Counted from the stretch's first letter, positions 41,454 to 52,509 are shown. The stretch is 64,000 nt of DNA from Gammaproteobacteria bacterium (GCA_029862165.1 JAOTXU010000007.1:69695-133694); one strand, 5' to 3'. Numbers and translations are program-made. The notes: generated from the letters alone by a model not told the origin.

Positions 41454-41481
41454 TTGACAGGCCTTCTTCCGTGTATATAGT
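41454..41481 (+). promoter_or_regulatory. Pmra-like sigma70 promoter (TTGACA-16-TATAGT)
   Basis: Consensus -35 TTGACA (41454-41459), a 16-nt spacer and the -10 TATAGT (41476-41481), 60 nt upstream of the mraZ ATG. Confidence 0.6.
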
Positions 41482-41490
41482 GTCGGGAAG

Positions 41491-41515
41491 TGGGGAAAAG
41501 TGGAAAAAAATGGGT
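41491..41515 (+). promoter_or_regulatory. MraZ operator-like direct repeats (TGGGG/TGGAA/TGGGT at 10-bp phase)
   Basis: Pentamers begin at 41491, 41501 and 41511, exactly 10 bp apart and immediately downstream of the -10. This mirrors the TGGGN-N5 repeat operator described for E. coli MraZ. Confidence 0.55.
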
Positions 41516-41540
41516 CGGTTTTCCAACCTGACGAAACACA

Positions 41541-41996
41541 ATGTTCCGAGGCGCAAACAGCATAACGCTCGACTCGAAAGGGCGGATAGCCATCCCGACG
41601 CGGTATCGGGAACGTCTAACCGAGCGCGCGGATGGACAACTCGTGGCCACGGTGGATCGCGACTACTGTCTGTTGCTTTACCCGTTGCCCGGCTGGGAAG
41701 AAATCGAACGCAAACTGATTCGCTTGCCCAGTCTCAACCGTCAGGTACGCCGTTTGCAGCGGCTCATGATCGGCTACGCGAGCGAGTTAGAAATGGACGG
41801 TCAGGGCAGGGTGCTGCTGCCGCGCGAACTGCGAGAGTTTGCACAACTGGACCGACACGCAATCTTGATCGGACAAGGCAACAAATTCGAATTGTGGGAC
41901 CAGGAACGTTGGAACGAGCGACGGGACATCTGGCTAGCCGACGAAGAGTCGGAAACCGGCAGTCTCCCCGCCGACCTCGAATCACTGTCGTTGTAG
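41541..41996 (+). CDS. mraZ: transcriptional regulator MraZ
   Basis: 151 aa starting MFRGANSITLDSKGRIAIPTRYR, with a second DGQGRVLLPRELR. This is the duplicated SpoVT/AbrB-like MraZ repeat. Confidence 0.95.
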   Translation: MFRGANSITLDSKGRIAIPTRYRERLTERADGQLVATVDRDYCLLLYPLPGWEEIERKLIRLPSLNRQVRRLQRLMIGYASELEMDGQGRVLLPRELREFAQLDRHAILIGQGNKFELWDQERWNERRDIWLADEESETGSLPADLESLSL

Positions 41997-42004
41997 GTGA
42001 CGTG

Positions 42005-42931
42005 ATGTCGGAACACCGACCGGTGCTCCTGCACGAAACTCTGGAAGCTCTCGCTGTGACAACCGGAGGTCATTACGTCGATGCAACCTACGGTCGCGGC
42101 GGTCATACACGGGCGATACTTGAGCAACTCGGCGCCGACGGGAATCTGCTGGTCATGGACCGCGATCCTGAAGCCATAGCTGCGGCCAGAGAAAATCACA
42201 GTGATGATGCACGCGTCACAATCGTAAGCGACGCCTTTGCCAATATCGGCAACGCCATAGCCGCCGCAGGATGGCAGGCCAAGGTCGACGGCCTGTTGCT
42301 AGACCTTGGTGTTTCATCGCCACAACTAGAGCAGGCCGAGCGCGGCTTCAGCTTTCAGCACGATGCCCCTCTGGATATGCGCATGGACAACACCGGCGGT
42401 TTGACGGCTGCCGACTGGATTGCGCAAGCGGACGTCGTCGAAATTGGTAGCGTGCTGCGCAGTCTGGGTGAAGAGCGTTTTTACAAAAGAATCTCTCGCG
42501 CCATAGTCGAGGCGCGCGAGACTGCATCCATCACCCGGACCGGCCAACTGGCGGAGATCGTTTCTGCTGCAGTTCCTGTACGTGAGCCCGGCAGACATCC
42601 GGCGACACGCGTCTTTCAAGCGTTGCGAATTCAGGTCAACGACGAGCTGGGTCAACTGGAAGCGGCGCTAAAGCAAAGCGTCGACGTTCTGGCTCCGGGC
42701 GGGCGTCTTTGTGTAATCAGTTTTCACTCGCTGGAAGACCGGATCGTCAAACGGTTCATGCGCCGACTTTCCCTCGTCGATCAGATGTGGCGCGGCCTGC
42801 CACAGGTGCCGGCGCACGCACAAGCTGTGTTTGAACGCCCGCGCCCGGCGTTGCGACCCGGTCGCGAAGAACAGCAACAAAACCCACGTAGCCGAAGTGC
42901 TGTGCTGCGTGTTGCGGAGCGGTGCAAATGA
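42005..42931 (+). CDS. rsmH: 16S rRNA (cytosine1402-N4)-methyltransferase
   Basis: HRPVLLHETLEAL, DATYGRGGH and LLDLGVSSPQL. I trimmed the start to ATG 42005. The track ORF 41417-42931 is this frame left open across mraZ. Confidence 0.95.
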   Translation: MSEHRPVLLHETLEALAVTTGGHYVDATYGRGGHTRAILEQLGADGNLLVMDRDPEAIAAARENHSDDARVTIVSDAFANIGNAIAAAGWQAKVDGLLLDLGVSSPQLEQAERGFSFQHDAPLDMRMDNTGGLTAADWIAQADVVEIGSVLRSLGEERFYKRISRAIVEARETASITRTGQLAEIVSAAVPVREPGRHPATRVFQALRIQVNDELGQLEAALKQSVDVLAPGGRLCVISFHSLEDRIVKRFMRRLSLVDQMWRGLPQVPAHAQAVFERPRPALRPGREEQQQNPRSRSAVLRVAERCK

Positions 42932-43209
42932 ACATGGGGCGTCTATTGGTTATCGCGATCGCAGCGGCTTGGGTTGCAGTGTTGCTGGCCGCCCTTGCGA
43001 CGGTCAATGCACGACACGAGGCACGCAAGCTTTTTGTTGAGCTACAACTAAGTCAACAAGAAAGAGATGAGCTGGATATAGAGTGGGGGCAGCTTCGTCT
43101 GGAACAGAGCGCTTATGCCACCCATGGTCTGATCGAAAAGCTTGCGCGCGAGAAAATGGGCATGTCGGTGCCGCAACCGACCGACATCAACATTTTGCAA
43201 CGCCAATGA
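42928..43209 (+). CDS. ftsL: cell division protein FtsL
   Basis: About 93 aa with a single TM (LLVIAIAAAWVAVLLAAL) followed by a coiled coil (ELQLSQQERDELDIEWGQLRLE). ATG 42928 overlaps the rsmH stop as ATGA. GTG 42922 is possible. Confidence 0.85.
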   Translation: MNMGRLLVIAIAAAWVAVLLAALATVNARHEARKLFVELQLSQQERDELDIEWGQLRLEQSAYATHGLIEKLAREKMGMSVPQPTDINILQRQ

Positions 43210-44945
43210 GTACCAGAAAGCGCAATACTGCCGCGGCGCCAATGCCCTGGCGAAGCTGGTTAGTTCTCGGCGGTTTTGTTGTCGTAATAGTTGCACTCGT
43301 TTGGCGAGCCGTGGACTTGCAGTTACTGGACGACGGTTTTTTGTCTGATCAGGGTGATGCACGCCACCTACGTATCGAGAAACTTTCCGCACATCGTGGT
43401 GCCATTCTTGATCGCAACGGCGATCCATTGGCTGTCAGTACGCCGGTGGATTCTCTGTGGGCTCATCCGGGCGAATTTGCCGGGGCGATGGACCGAATTT
43501 CCGAACTTGCCCAGACCGCCGGACTCAAGCAGGCGTGGTTGGCGCGCAGATTAAGTAGCAACGTAGAACGAGAATTCGTCTATCTGCGCCGTCATATGCG
43601 CCCTGATGAAGCAGAGAGCGTTATGAGCGCACGACTGCCGGGAATTTATACGCAGCGCGAGTATCGGCGTTACTACCCGGCCGGAGAAGTAGTAGGTCAT
43701 GTCATTGGTTTTACCGACATTGATGATAACGGTCAGGAAGGCCTTGAGCTGGCCTACGACGAATGGCTGCGCGGCGAACCGGGTGCAAAACGTGTCTTGC
43801 GCGACCGGCTGGGTCGCAGCATCGAAGATGTAGAAAGCATTCGTGCGCCGCGGGCCGGTCAGTCTTTGTCGACCAGCATTGATCTGCGTGTGCAATATCT
43901 GGCTTACCGCGAACTCAAGCGCGCGTTCCGTGATCATGGCGCGGTGTCCGGGTCCGCAGTCGTGCTCGATGTAAACACCGGCGAAGTTTTGGCAATGGCC
44001 AATCAACCGTCGTTCAATCCGAACAATCGCCAGCGTTACGAGCCGCAGCGCTATCGGAATAGAGCTGTCACGGATATCTTTGAGCCCGGTTCGGCGCTCA
44101 AACCGTTAATCATTGCGGCCGCTTTGGAGACCGAACAGTACGCCCCGGACACAATGATCGACACCTCACCCGGTTTTCTGAGAGTGGGTGGCTGGGTTAT
44201 CGAGGACGTACGCGATTTTGGCCATCTCAATGTGACTTCGGTCATCACTAAATCCAGTAATGTCGGCGCAACCAAGATTGCGATGTCCCTGGCTTCCGAT
44301 AGTTTGTGGTCCACACTGGCCGGATTCGGTTTGGGAAGTTTGACGGCGAGCGGATTTCCGGGCGAGTCGGCTGGCCTGCTAAACGACCCCGTACATTGGC
44401 GGCCGATTACTCAGGCAACCATTGCCTATGGTTATGGCTTGTCAGTAACGCCGCTACAATTGGCCCAGGCTTTCGCCACGATTGCTGCTGACGGCGTACG
44501 CCATCCGGTCACCTTCCAACGGTTAGTGCGCAGCCCCGACAACGAACGAGTGATCAGCGCCCGGGCGGCGCGAGAGCTCCTTGCGATGCTGGAAACAGTG
44601 ACTGCGCCGGAAGGCACTGGAGCGCTGGCTTCTGTTCCCGGTTATCGTGTTGCAGGCAAGACGGGAACAGCACGCAAAACAGAAGTTGGCGGTTACTCTT
44701 CCGAGCGTTACACGTCCGTGTTCGCGGGTATCGCTCCTGTCAGCAAGCCACGTCTGGCGGTGGTTGTGGTAATCGATGAGCCACGGGCGGGCTTGTACTA
44801 CGGTGGCGATGTTGCCGCGCCGGTGTTCTCCGCGGTTATGTCCGGCTCGCTCAGATTACTCGCCGTACCACCCGATAATCTGCCATCGAAGCCGGGTACC
44901 GATATTATCCAGGCCGCAACCGATGCGCCGGTAATCAGACAATGA
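43206..44945 (+). CDS. ftsI: peptidoglycan D,D-transpeptidase FtsI (PBP3)
   Basis: SxxK (GSALKP), SxN (KSSNVG) and KTG (AGKTGTA), with an N-terminal TM. I trimmed the start to ATG 43206, which overlaps the ftsL stop as ATGA. Confidence 0.95.
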   Translation: MSTRKRNTAAAPMPWRSWLVLGGFVVVIVALVWRAVDLQLLDDGFLSDQGDARHLRIEKLSAHRGAILDRNGDPLAVSTPVDSLWAHPGEFAGAMDRISELAQTAGLKQAWLARRLSSNVEREFVYLRRHMRPDEAESVMSARLPGIYTQREYRRYYPAGEVVGHVIGFTDIDDNGQEGLELAYDEWLRGEPGAKRVLRDRLGRSIEDVESIRAPRAGQSLSTSIDLRVQYLAYRELKRAFRDHGAVSGSAVVLDVNTGEVLAMANQPSFNPNNRQRYEPQRYRNRAVTDIFEPGSALKPLIIAAALETEQYAPDTMIDTSPGFLRVGGWVIEDVRDFGHLNVTSVITKSSNVGATKIAMSLASDSLWSTLAGFGLGSLTASGFPGESAGLLNDPVHWRPITQATIAYGYGLSVTPLQLAQAFATIAADGVRHPVTFQRLVRSPDNERVISARAARELLAMLETVTAPEGTGALASVPGYRVAGKTGTARKTEVGGYSSERYTSVFAGIAPVSKPRLAVVVVIDEPRAGLYYGGDVAAPVFSAVMSGSLRLLAVPPDNLPSKPGTDIIQAATDAPVIRQ

Positions 44946-46441
44946 TGGGCGCACTATCAACACACCAACTGAGTCTGGGCGAACTCATCGGTGATGAGGT
45001 GCCACCAGAGTATCGCGGCATCAGCATCGGCGGTCTGAGTCTGGACAGTTCAACGATCAGGCCTGGTGACGCTTTTCTCGCCTGTGCCGGCAGCCATCGG
45101 CATGGTTTGGATTTTGCTGGTGCCGCTGCCGAGGCGGGCGCCTCAGTAGTACTGTATGAATCGCGTGGTAGCGACGCAGAAGTATCGCTGCAACGTATTC
45201 CGTGTGTACACGTCAGGCGACTACGCGAACGAGCCGGCACCATCGCCAGTTCTTTTTTCGGCGCACCATCAGAACGAATGGCTGTGGCCGGAATTACCGG
45301 CACGAATGGCAAGACCTCGACGTCCAGACTAATCGCCGCAGCCGGGCAGCACGCTGGGCTGCGTTGCGGTATGAGCGGCACCTTGGGTTATGGGCTGCCT
45401 GATGAACTACAGCCGACGACTTTGACCACGCCCGATCCCATTGTCGTTCACGAGCGGCTCGCGGCACTGGTGGATGTGGGCGTTCGTTATGTGGCGATGG
45501 AGGTATCTTCACATGCGCTCGACCAGCATCGTGTCGAAGGTGTCTCATTCGATACAGCCGTATTCACCAATCTTTCGCGGGACCATCTCGATTATCACGG
45601 CGATATGCAGGCGTACTTTGAAGCCAAGCGCTTGTTGTTTGCATTACCGGATCTGCGTAAAGCGGTAGTCAACGTCGATGATTCGGCTGGCGCAGAGCTT
45701 GCACGCGATATAGCCGACACAGTTTCAGTTATCGCCGTTGGTCATGGTGATGCTGTGCTCGGTTTCGATGCTGTGCGTATTGCTGAATTAGAAACGTCAA
45801 CCACTGGTCTTTGGGTTGCGTTGGAAACACCGTTGGGTGAGGCGGTGATCGAAAGCTCTCTACTCGGCGATTTCAACGCGACTAACATTTCACTGGCGCT
45901 CGCGGTCTTGCTGAACTGGGAGGTTGATCTCGATACCGCGTCTAGCACGCTGTCCAGCGTGCCTGCTGCGCCCGGACGCATGGAAGCGTTCGGCGGTGGT
46001 GACTTGCCACTGATCGTTGTCGATTACGCGCATACCCCACATGCACTGGAAAACGCCTTGCAGGCATTACGCAAACATTGCCCAGGTGATCTTTGGGTTC
46101 TGTTCGGTTGCGGTGGCGAACGGGATCGGGGGAAACGCCCCTTGATGGGCGAGATTGCAGCGCGGCTCGCCGACCGAGTAGTGATTACAGACGACAATCC
46201 TCGCCGCGAAGATCCAACGACCATTATCGAGGAAATCAGTCGAGGCGTTGACGCTGGCGATCGCGTCCGTATTCAACCGGGCAGACGCGAGGCAATTGAA
46301 TGGGTTGTATCGCAGGCACAGGAAGGCGATGTAGTACTGCTCGCCGGTAAGGGGCACGAAGACTATCAGTTAATCGGCGGAGAGCGCCTGTCTTTGAGTG
46401 ATCGTGATGAGGCCCGAGGCCTCGTGGGAGAGCGCAAATGA
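44942..46441 (+). CDS. murE: UDP-N-acetylmuramoyl-L-alanyl-D-glutamate--2,6-diaminopimelate ligase
   Basis: 499 aa with GITGTNGKTS and a DNPR motif (TDDNPRRED). Confidence 0.93.
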   Translation: MMGALSTHQLSLGELIGDEVPPEYRGISIGGLSLDSSTIRPGDAFLACAGSHRHGLDFAGAAAEAGASVVLYESRGSDAEVSLQRIPCVHVRRLRERAGTIASSFFGAPSERMAVAGITGTNGKTSTSRLIAAAGQHAGLRCGMSGTLGYGLPDELQPTTLTTPDPIVVHERLAALVDVGVRYVAMEVSSHALDQHRVEGVSFDTAVFTNLSRDHLDYHGDMQAYFEAKRLLFALPDLRKAVVNVDDSAGAELARDIADTVSVIAVGHGDAVLGFDAVRIAELETSTTGLWVALETPLGEAVIESSLLGDFNATNISLALAVLLNWEVDLDTASSTLSSVPAAPGRMEAFGGGDLPLIVVDYAHTPHALENALQALRKHCPGDLWVLFGCGGERDRGKRPLMGEIAARLADRVVITDDNPRREDPTTIIEEISRGVDAGDRVRIQPGRREAIEWVVSQAQEGDVVLLAGKGHEDYQLIGGERLSLSDRDEARGLVGERK

Positions 46442-47805
46442 GTCACGGGTCGTTAAAAGAACTGGCCAATATCGTCGGCGGTCAGCTGCACGGATCCGAT
46501 GGCTTGTTCCTGAGCGTTTCGACAGACAGTCGCAGTCTGCAGCCAGGCGAGTTGTTTATTGCGCTTGATGGCCCAAACTTTGACGGCCACGATTTTGTAG
46601 GCCAGGCACGCGAGCGCGGCGCCATCGCTGCTTTGGTCAGTCGCAAAATCGATTGCGAGCTACCGCAGATTCTGGTCGAAAACACACTTACTGCACTTGG
46701 GATCTATGCACACCGTTGGCGTGTTGCGCGACAAGTGCATGTCGTCGCCGTGACTGGCAGCAACGGCAAGACAACAGTCAAAGACATGATTACGTCCATC
46801 TTGCGGCGGGTCGGGCGGACTCATGCCACGAGCGGCAATCTGAATAATGAAATCGGTGTCCCACTCACGTTGTTGGCTCTGGAAGATCGCCACGAGCTTG
46901 CTGTTATCGAACTGGGTGCCAATCATCCAGGCGAGATTGCACGCCTGACTGCCATGGCAGCGCCACAGGTTGGTCTGGTCACCAATGCCGGACCAGCACA
47001 CCTGGAAGGCTTTGGCAGTCTTGACGGCGTAGCCAAGGCCAAGGGCGAGTTGTACGAAGGGATGAGTGATGATGGCATCGCGATTCTCAATCGCGACGAT
47101 GCTTACTACAACTTGTGGCGCGATATGGCTGGTACTCGCCGTGTTGTGACCTTCGGTTGCAACGCCGAAGCGGACTTCTGTGCCCGCGAGGTCCTACAGC
47201 ACACAAATGGGCATGGCGATGGCTTGCGTCTGCTACTGGAAACGCCCGACGGCGATTGCGTCGTGAAGCTTCCATTGCCGGGTCAACACAACGGCGTAAA
47301 CGCTGCTGCAGCCGCGGCTGCAGCATGGGCCCGCGGCGCAGATAATTATTCAATTATCGCCGGACTACAAAAAGTAAAAGCCAGTGCCGGACGGCTTGCC
47401 ATTCGCACAGTGAGCTGCGGCGCACGTCTGATAGACGACACCTATAACGCCAATCCCGGGTCGATGCAGGTGGCGCTGGATTTTCTTGCTGCGCAGCCAG
47501 GCAAGGCCTGGTTGGTATTGGGTGACATGGGAGAGTTGGGAGAGGACGCTCGCGCTCTGCATGCCCATATTGGCGAACGGGCGAAAAAGGCCGGCGTTGA
47601 AAGACTCTTTGTTGTTGGTCCGTTGAGTGCGGCGGCGGCCGAAAGCTTTGGTCCTGGTGCGGAACGATTTGGCGATACCAATCAGCTCATTGCAACTTTG
47701 CGTCAAGAGTTGCATGACGGTGTGAATCTGCTGGTGAAAGCATCAAGGGCAATGCATCTTGAGCACGTAACCGACGCGTTGACTGACGAAGAGCTGCAGG
47801 GCTAA
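46438..47805 (+). CDS. murF: UDP-N-acetylmuramoyl-tripeptide--D-alanyl-D-alanine ligase
   Basis: 455 aa with VTGSNGKTT and DDTYNANP. Confidence 0.93.
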   Translation: MSHGSLKELANIVGGQLHGSDGLFLSVSTDSRSLQPGELFIALDGPNFDGHDFVGQARERGAIAALVSRKIDCELPQILVENTLTALGIYAHRWRVARQVHVVAVTGSNGKTTVKDMITSILRRVGRTHATSGNLNNEIGVPLTLLALEDRHELAVIELGANHPGEIARLTAMAAPQVGLVTNAGPAHLEGFGSLDGVAKAKGELYEGMSDDGIAILNRDDAYYNLWRDMAGTRRVVTFGCNAEADFCAREVLQHTNGHGDGLRLLLETPDGDCVVKLPLPGQHNGVNAAAAAAAAWARGADNYSIIAGLQKVKASAGRLAIRTVSCGARLIDDTYNANPGSMQVALDFLAAQPGKAWLVLGDMGELGEDARALHAHIGERAKKAGVERLFVVGPLSAAAAESFGPGAERFGDTNQLIATLRQELHDGVNLLVKASRAMHLEHVTDALTDEELQG

Positions 47806-47808
47806 GCG

Positions 47809-48891
47809 ATGCTGGTGTACGTCGCAGAATATCTAGAGCGTTTTCACTCAGGCTTTAACGTCTTCAGTTATCTTACGTTGCGCGCCATTCTCAGCGCGCT
47901 GACGGCGTTGCTAATCTCTTTTATTGTCGGGCCAGGCATGATTCGGCGCCTCAGTGCCTACCAGATCGGGCAATCAATACGTGATGATGGTCCAGAGTCA
48001 CACTTGCCGAAAGCTGGTACGCCAACGATGGGTGGCGCACTAATACTTGTTGCCATCGCTGTAAGTGCGTTGTTGTGGGCCGATCTGGGAAATCGATTCG
48101 TCTGGGTCGTTCTGGCCGTGCTGACTTCCTTCGGACTGATTGGACTAATCGACGATTACAAAAAACTCGTACTCAAAGACAGCCGCGGCTTGAGTGCACG
48201 GCGCAAGATCTTCTGGCAATCCGTTGCGGCGATTGCTGCCGCGTTGGTCTTGTTTTGGACGGCGCGTGATCCCATTGAGACGTCGTTAATTTTGCCATTT
48301 TTCAAAAATTTCGCGCTGCAAATGGGGATTTTTTACGTGTTCTTCAGCGCTTTTGTCGTCGTCGGAACTAGTAATGCCGTCAATCTGACCGATGGACTGG
48401 ACGGTCTCGCAATCATGCCCGCTGTCCTGGTCGGTGGTGCATTGGGTGTGTTCGCCTATGCGACAGGCAACTTCAATTTTGCCAACTATCTTGGAATTCC
48501 GTTTATCAATGGTGTTGGCGAAATGTTGGTTATCTGTGCCGCTCTCACTGGCGCGGGTTTGGGGTTTCTTTGGTTTAACACCTACCCGGCGCAGGTGTTC
48601 ATGGGCGACGTCGGTGCTCTCGCCCTGGGGGCGGTGCTGGGTGTCGTGGCAGTGATCGTTCGTCAAGAACTCGTGCTGGCAATCATGGGTGGTGTCTTCG
48701 TCGTTGAGACGGTTTCGGTCATTGTGCAAGTCGGCTTGTACAAAATTACCAGACGGCGCGTGTTCCTGATGGCGCCTTTGCATCACCATTACGAGTTAAA
48801 GGGCTGGGCTGAACCAAAGGTGATCGTTCGCTTCTGGATTATTACCTTCATTCTTGTGCTGGTTGGATTATCGACGTTGAAACTACGATGA
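47809..48891 (+). CDS. mraY: phospho-N-acetylmuramoyl-pentapeptide transferase
   Basis: 360-aa polytopic membrane protein with [22 protein letters not shown] and PLHHHYEL. Confidence 0.95.
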   Translation: MLVYVAEYLERFHSGFNVFSYLTLRAILSALTALLISFIVGPGMIRRLSAYQIGQSIRDDGPESHLPKAGTPTMGGALILVAIAVSALLWADLGNRFVWVVLAVLTSFGLIGLIDDYKKLVLKDSRGLSARRKIFWQSVAAIAAALVLFWTARDPIETSLILPFFKNFALQMGIFYVFFSAFVVVGTSNAVNLTDGLDGLAIMPAVLVGGALGVFAYATGNFNFANYLGIPFINGVGEMLVICAALTGAGLGFLWFNTYPAQVFMGDVGALALGAVLGVVAVIVRQELVLAIMGGVFVVETVSVIVQVGLYKITRRRVFLMAPLHHHYELKGWAEPKVIVRFWIITFILVLVGLSTLKLR

Positions 48892-50240
48892 AGCTCGAAG
48901 TCGACAGCAAACAGGCGAAACACACCAGCATCGTAGTGGGACTGGGCAAGACGGGTGTGTCGTGCGCGCGCTATCTGGTTGGTCTTGGCGATCGAGTAAT
49001 TGTTACCGACACACGCGAACGTCCGCCAGGCTTGGCCGAACTGCGCCGCCTGCAACCGGACATTGAAACGCGTTTGGGCGGATTTGATGAGGCGGTGCTC
49101 GGTCTGGCCGACAGATTGGTTATATCGCCAGGCGTTTCACTGCGAGAGCCATTCATCGAGGCCGCGTTACGACGCAACGTGTCGGTTACCGGAGACATCT
49201 CTTTTTTTGCGCAGGAAGCGAAAGCGCCGTATGTGTGCATTACCGGCTCAAATGGCAAGAGCACAGTTACTACCTTGTTGGCAGCAATGATGCGAGCCTG
49301 CGGTCGCAAGGTACTCGCTGGCGGCAACCTGGGTGTGCCAGCGCTGGACTTGCTCAGACAGCCAGTACCGGACTTTTACGTACTTGAGTTATCGAGTTTT
49401 CAATTGGAGTGCACGGTCGGGCTATCCAGCGCCGCTGCAGCCGTTCTAAATGTTTCGGCGGACCACATTGATCGGCATGGCGGCCTCGAGGCTTATGCGG
49501 AGGCCAAATCGCGTATCTACGATTCATGCGGTATCGCGGTCTACAACCGCGACGATCCGATCGTAGTGGATATGGCCAAGAACAACCCGGCGTCGATTAG
49601 TTTTGGTCATGATTCACCACCCGTTGGCCAATACGGCGTTATCAACCGCCGTGGCACCGTCTGGATGGCTCGTGGCCAGCGTCTGTTGGCGCCGGTCAAT
49701 TCGTTGAAGATCTACGGCAATCACAATGTGGCCAATGTACTGGCGGCATTGGCACTGGGTGACGCCATTGGGTTGGAGCGCGATGCCATGATAGAGGCAG
49801 CGCAGGCGTTTCGCGGTCTGCCGCATCGTACGCAATGGGTCTCCGACGCTGGATCGCTTAGCTGGATTAACGATTCGAAGGGCACGAATGTAGGCGCGTC
49901 GGTCGCGGCTATCGAAAGCGTACGTGGCAAGGTTGTGCTGATCGCTGGTGGCGACGGCAAGAAGGCCGATTTCGCTCCGTTGGCCAAAGCAATGCGTCGA
50001 CGTGGCCGGGCAGCTGTTCTGTTGGGCAAGGATGCGCGGCGGCTTGACGAAATTCTGCAACCTTGTGGCCCAACTCGAATTGTGGCCAATATGGGCGAAG
50101 CGGTATCTGCCGCCATGGAACTTGCGCAAAATGGTGACACCGTGTTGCTGTCACCGGCTTGTTCCAGTCTGGACATGTACAACAACTACGAGGCTCGCGG
50201 CGAAGCATTCGTTAAAGCCATAAAACGGTGTGCCGCATGA
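48888..50240 (+). CDS. murD: UDP-N-acetylmuramoylalanine--D-glutamate ligase
   Basis: 450 aa with VVGLGKTG and ITGSNGKST. Confidence 0.93.
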   Translation: MKLEVDSKQAKHTSIVVGLGKTGVSCARYLVGLGDRVIVTDTRERPPGLAELRRLQPDIETRLGGFDEAVLGLADRLVISPGVSLREPFIEAALRRNVSVTGDISFFAQEAKAPYVCITGSNGKSTVTTLLAAMMRACGRKVLAGGNLGVPALDLLRQPVPDFYVLELSSFQLECTVGLSSAAAAVLNVSADHIDRHGGLEAYAEAKSRIYDSCGIAVYNRDDPIVVDMAKNNPASISFGHDSPPVGQYGVINRRGTVWMARGQRLLAPVNSLKIYGNHNVANVLAALALGDAIGLERDAMIEAAQAFRGLPHRTQWVSDAGSLSWINDSKGTNVGASVAAIESVRGKVVLIAGGDGKKADFAPLAKAMRRRGRAAVLLGKDARRLDEILQPCGPTRIVANMGEAVSAAMELAQNGDTVLLSPACSSLDMYNNYEARGEAFVKAIKRCAA

Positions 50241-51427
50241 GCCGCTCTGCATCAATGAGACCGTTCTGGCGCATCACGATCGACCCATTGCTAGGTACCG
50301 TTTCGGCTGCGTTACTGTTGATCGGTTTGGTAATGGTTGCCAGTTCTTCAATCGCAATCGCCGATCGCGACCTCGGTTCGCCTTACTACTACCTCAATCG
50401 GCAACTTGTATTCCTGCTGATCGGAGTTGCCGGTAGCGCGATCACGTTGATGACGCCGACCCGGGTATGGGAACGACTCAGCGTCGTCGCATTGGTGCTT
50501 GCGCTGATCCTACTGATCACTGTTTTGTTGCCCGGTGTCGGTCATACCGTAAACGGCAGCACGCGCTGGCTTCCTCTCGGTCCCGTCAAGTTGCAAGTAT
50601 CCGAGCCCGTGCGGTTGCTGTTGCTCATCTATATCGCCGGCTATCTAGTTCGACGGCATGAATACCTGCGGGAGAGTCTCGGCGGCTTTGTCAAGCCAAT
50701 GCTGTTGATTACTCTGGCCAGCACACTGTTGCTGGCCGAGCCTGATTTTGGCGCCGCAGCAGTATTACTGGGTACGGTGCTGGTTGTTATGTTTATCGGC
50801 GGCGTGCGCTGGCGGGATCTGTTTCTGCTTGTAACCGCTGCCGGCGTGTCACTGGCCGGCCTGGCCTTGTCATCGCCTTATCGCTTGCAGCGGCTCACGA
50901 CGTTTCTTGATCCGTGGGCAGATCCGTACAACTCCGGTTTCCAGCTTACTCAGTCACTAATTGCTGTTGGTCGCGGCGGCGTTACGGGTGTCGGGCTCGG
51001 TGGCAGCGTGCAAAAACTGTTTTATCTGCCGGAAGCACACACCGATTTTGTGTTTGCCGTACTGGCCGAAGAATTTGGGCTCGTAGGCTCCATCGGCACG
51101 ATCTTATTATTCGCGTTACTTGTATGGCGCTGCTTTGACGTCGCTCGTCAGGCAGGCGCTACCGGATTGGCGTTCCAGTCCTATCTCGTATACGGAATAG
51201 GCGTCTGGTTGGGCGCCCAGGCATTTATCAACATCGGTGTTTCGATGGGTGTGTTGCCCACGAAAGGCCTGACCCTGCCCTTCATAAGTTATGGCGGTAG
51301 CAGTCTGCTGGTGTGTTGTCTGGCGCTCGCGTTGGTATTGCGGGTGCACCACGAGACCGGGATCAGTTCACGCGCCGCTTCGCCGCGTAAACCGGCCAAA
51401 TCTGGCCGCAACAAGGCACGACGATGA
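50237..51427 (+). CDS. ftsW: peptidoglycan glycosyltransferase FtsW (SEDS)
   Basis: A roughly 10-TM SEDS protein with LPEAHTDFVFAV and LPFISYGGSS. ATG 50237 overlaps the murD stop as ATGA. The track start is GTG 50228. Confidence 0.92.
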   Translation: MSRSASMRPFWRITIDPLLGTVSAALLLIGLVMVASSSIAIADRDLGSPYYYLNRQLVFLLIGVAGSAITLMTPTRVWERLSVVALVLALILLITVLLPGVGHTVNGSTRWLPLGPVKLQVSEPVRLLLLIYIAGYLVRRHEYLRESLGGFVKPMLLITLASTLLLAEPDFGAAAVLLGTVLVVMFIGGVRWRDLFLLVTAAGVSLAGLALSSPYRLQRLTTFLDPWADPYNSGFQLTQSLIAVGRGGVTGVGLGGSVQKLFYLPEAHTDFVFAVLAEEFGLVGSIGTILLFALLVWRCFDVARQAGATGLAFQSYLVYGIGVWLGAQAFINIGVSMGVLPTKGLTLPFISYGGSSLLVCCLALALVLRVHHETGISSRAASPRKPAKSGRNKARR

Positions 51428-52509
51428 CGAATGTACTCATCATGGCGGGCGGTACCGGCGGGCATATTTATCCGGCGCTGGCCGTAGCCGATCGTCTGCG
51501 CAATGGCTCAAATAACGTGAGCTGGCTGGGGACCCATAACGGGCTGGAGGCGCGTGTTGTGCCGGAAGCCGAAATTGAAATTGACTGGCTGCGGGTTAGC
51601 GGACTGCGTGGGCAGGGCTTGCTGTCGTGGTTAATCGCACCTTTTCAACTTGTGCGTGCGATTGTTGAAGCGATACGTGCGATACGCCGGCGACGACCGG
51701 CGGTCGTTCTGGGTATGGGGGGGTTTGTGTCTGGGCCCGGCGGCATCGCGGCGTGGCTCATGCGGCGTCCATTGGTGATTCATGAACAAAACGCAGTCGC
51801 CGGATTGACCAACCGCTTGCTCGCGCCATTTGCGCGTACTGTTCTGGAGGGTTTTCCAAACAGCTTCGATAGTAAGCATGGTGCAACGCACGTCGGTAAC
51901 CCGGTGCGTAGACAGATTTCAGGTCTGCCAAAGCCGCATGAACGCTTTGCTGCGCGCAGTGGTGCACCACAACTACTGGTATTGGGTGGTAGCCAGGGTT
52001 CGCTGCCGTTAAATGAAATCGTGCCACGCGCGATCGCTCTAATGGATGTAGTGAGTCGCCCACGAGTCTGGCACCAATGTGGCACTCGCACGCACAATGT
52101 GGCGGAAAAAGCCTACGCCGAGTACGGCATCGAAGTCCGGCTCAGCGATTTTATAGACGATATGCCAGCCGCATACGGTTCGGCCGACCTCGTTTTGTGC
52201 CGCGCGGGCGCACTGACCGTCGCTGAGCTGGCGGCGGCCGGTGTTGGCGCCTTGCTGGTGCCATATCCGTTGTCGATCGACGACCATCAGACGCTCAATG
52301 CGCGTCATCTCGAACAGGCGGGCGCGGGTCTGATCATCGCGCAGTCGGAGTTAACGCCCGAGTTGCTCGCCAGCGCTCTGACACAACTACTGAGTGACCG
52401 TAATCGCCTGTTGAGTATGGCCGAATCCGCACGCCAACTTGCACTCCCCGATGCCACTGACGAAGTGATGCAAGCCTGCATACGCGCGGCGAAGGAGGGT
52501 CGTTCGTGA
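51424..52509 (+). CDS. murG: UDP-N-acetylglucosamine--N-acetylmuramyl-(pentapeptide) pyrophosphoryl-undecaprenol N-acetylglucosamine transferase
   Basis: 361 aa with [16 protein letters not shown] and [12 protein letters not shown]. Confidence 0.93.
   Translation: MTNVLIMAGGTGGHIYPALAVADRLRNGSNNVSWLGTHNGLEARVVPEAEIEIDWLRVSGLRGQGLLSWLIAPFQLVRAIVEAIRAIRRRRPAVVLGMGGFVSGPGGIAAWLMRRPLVIHEQNAVAGLTNRLLAPFARTVLEGFPNSFDSKHGATHVGNPVRRQISGLPKPHERFAARSGAPQLLVLGGSQGSLPLNEIVPRAIALMDVVSRPRVWHQCGTRTHNVAEKAYAEYGIEVRLSDFIDDMPAAYGSADLVLCRAGALTVAELAAAGVGALLVPYPLSIDDHQTLNARHLEQAGAGLIIAQSELTPELLASALTQLLSDRNRLLSMAESARQLALPDATDEVMQACIRAAKEGRS

Noticed and set aside
41443-41460. CTGT-N10-ACAG overlapping the Pmra -35, which looks like a LexA box.
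   Set aside because: Gammaproteobacterial LexA boxes are CTGT-N8-ACAG. The spacer here is 10 nt, and the ACAG is simply part of TTGACAG.
41417-42004. The rsmH reading frame stays open for 588 nt upstream, giving a 504-aa track ORF that overlaps all of mraZ in another frame.
   Set aside because: The extension is Arg/Gly/Ser-rich nonsense, begins within the mapped promoter/operator region, and RsmH homology starts at MSEHRPVLL (42005). It is a chance open frame, not an overlapping gene.
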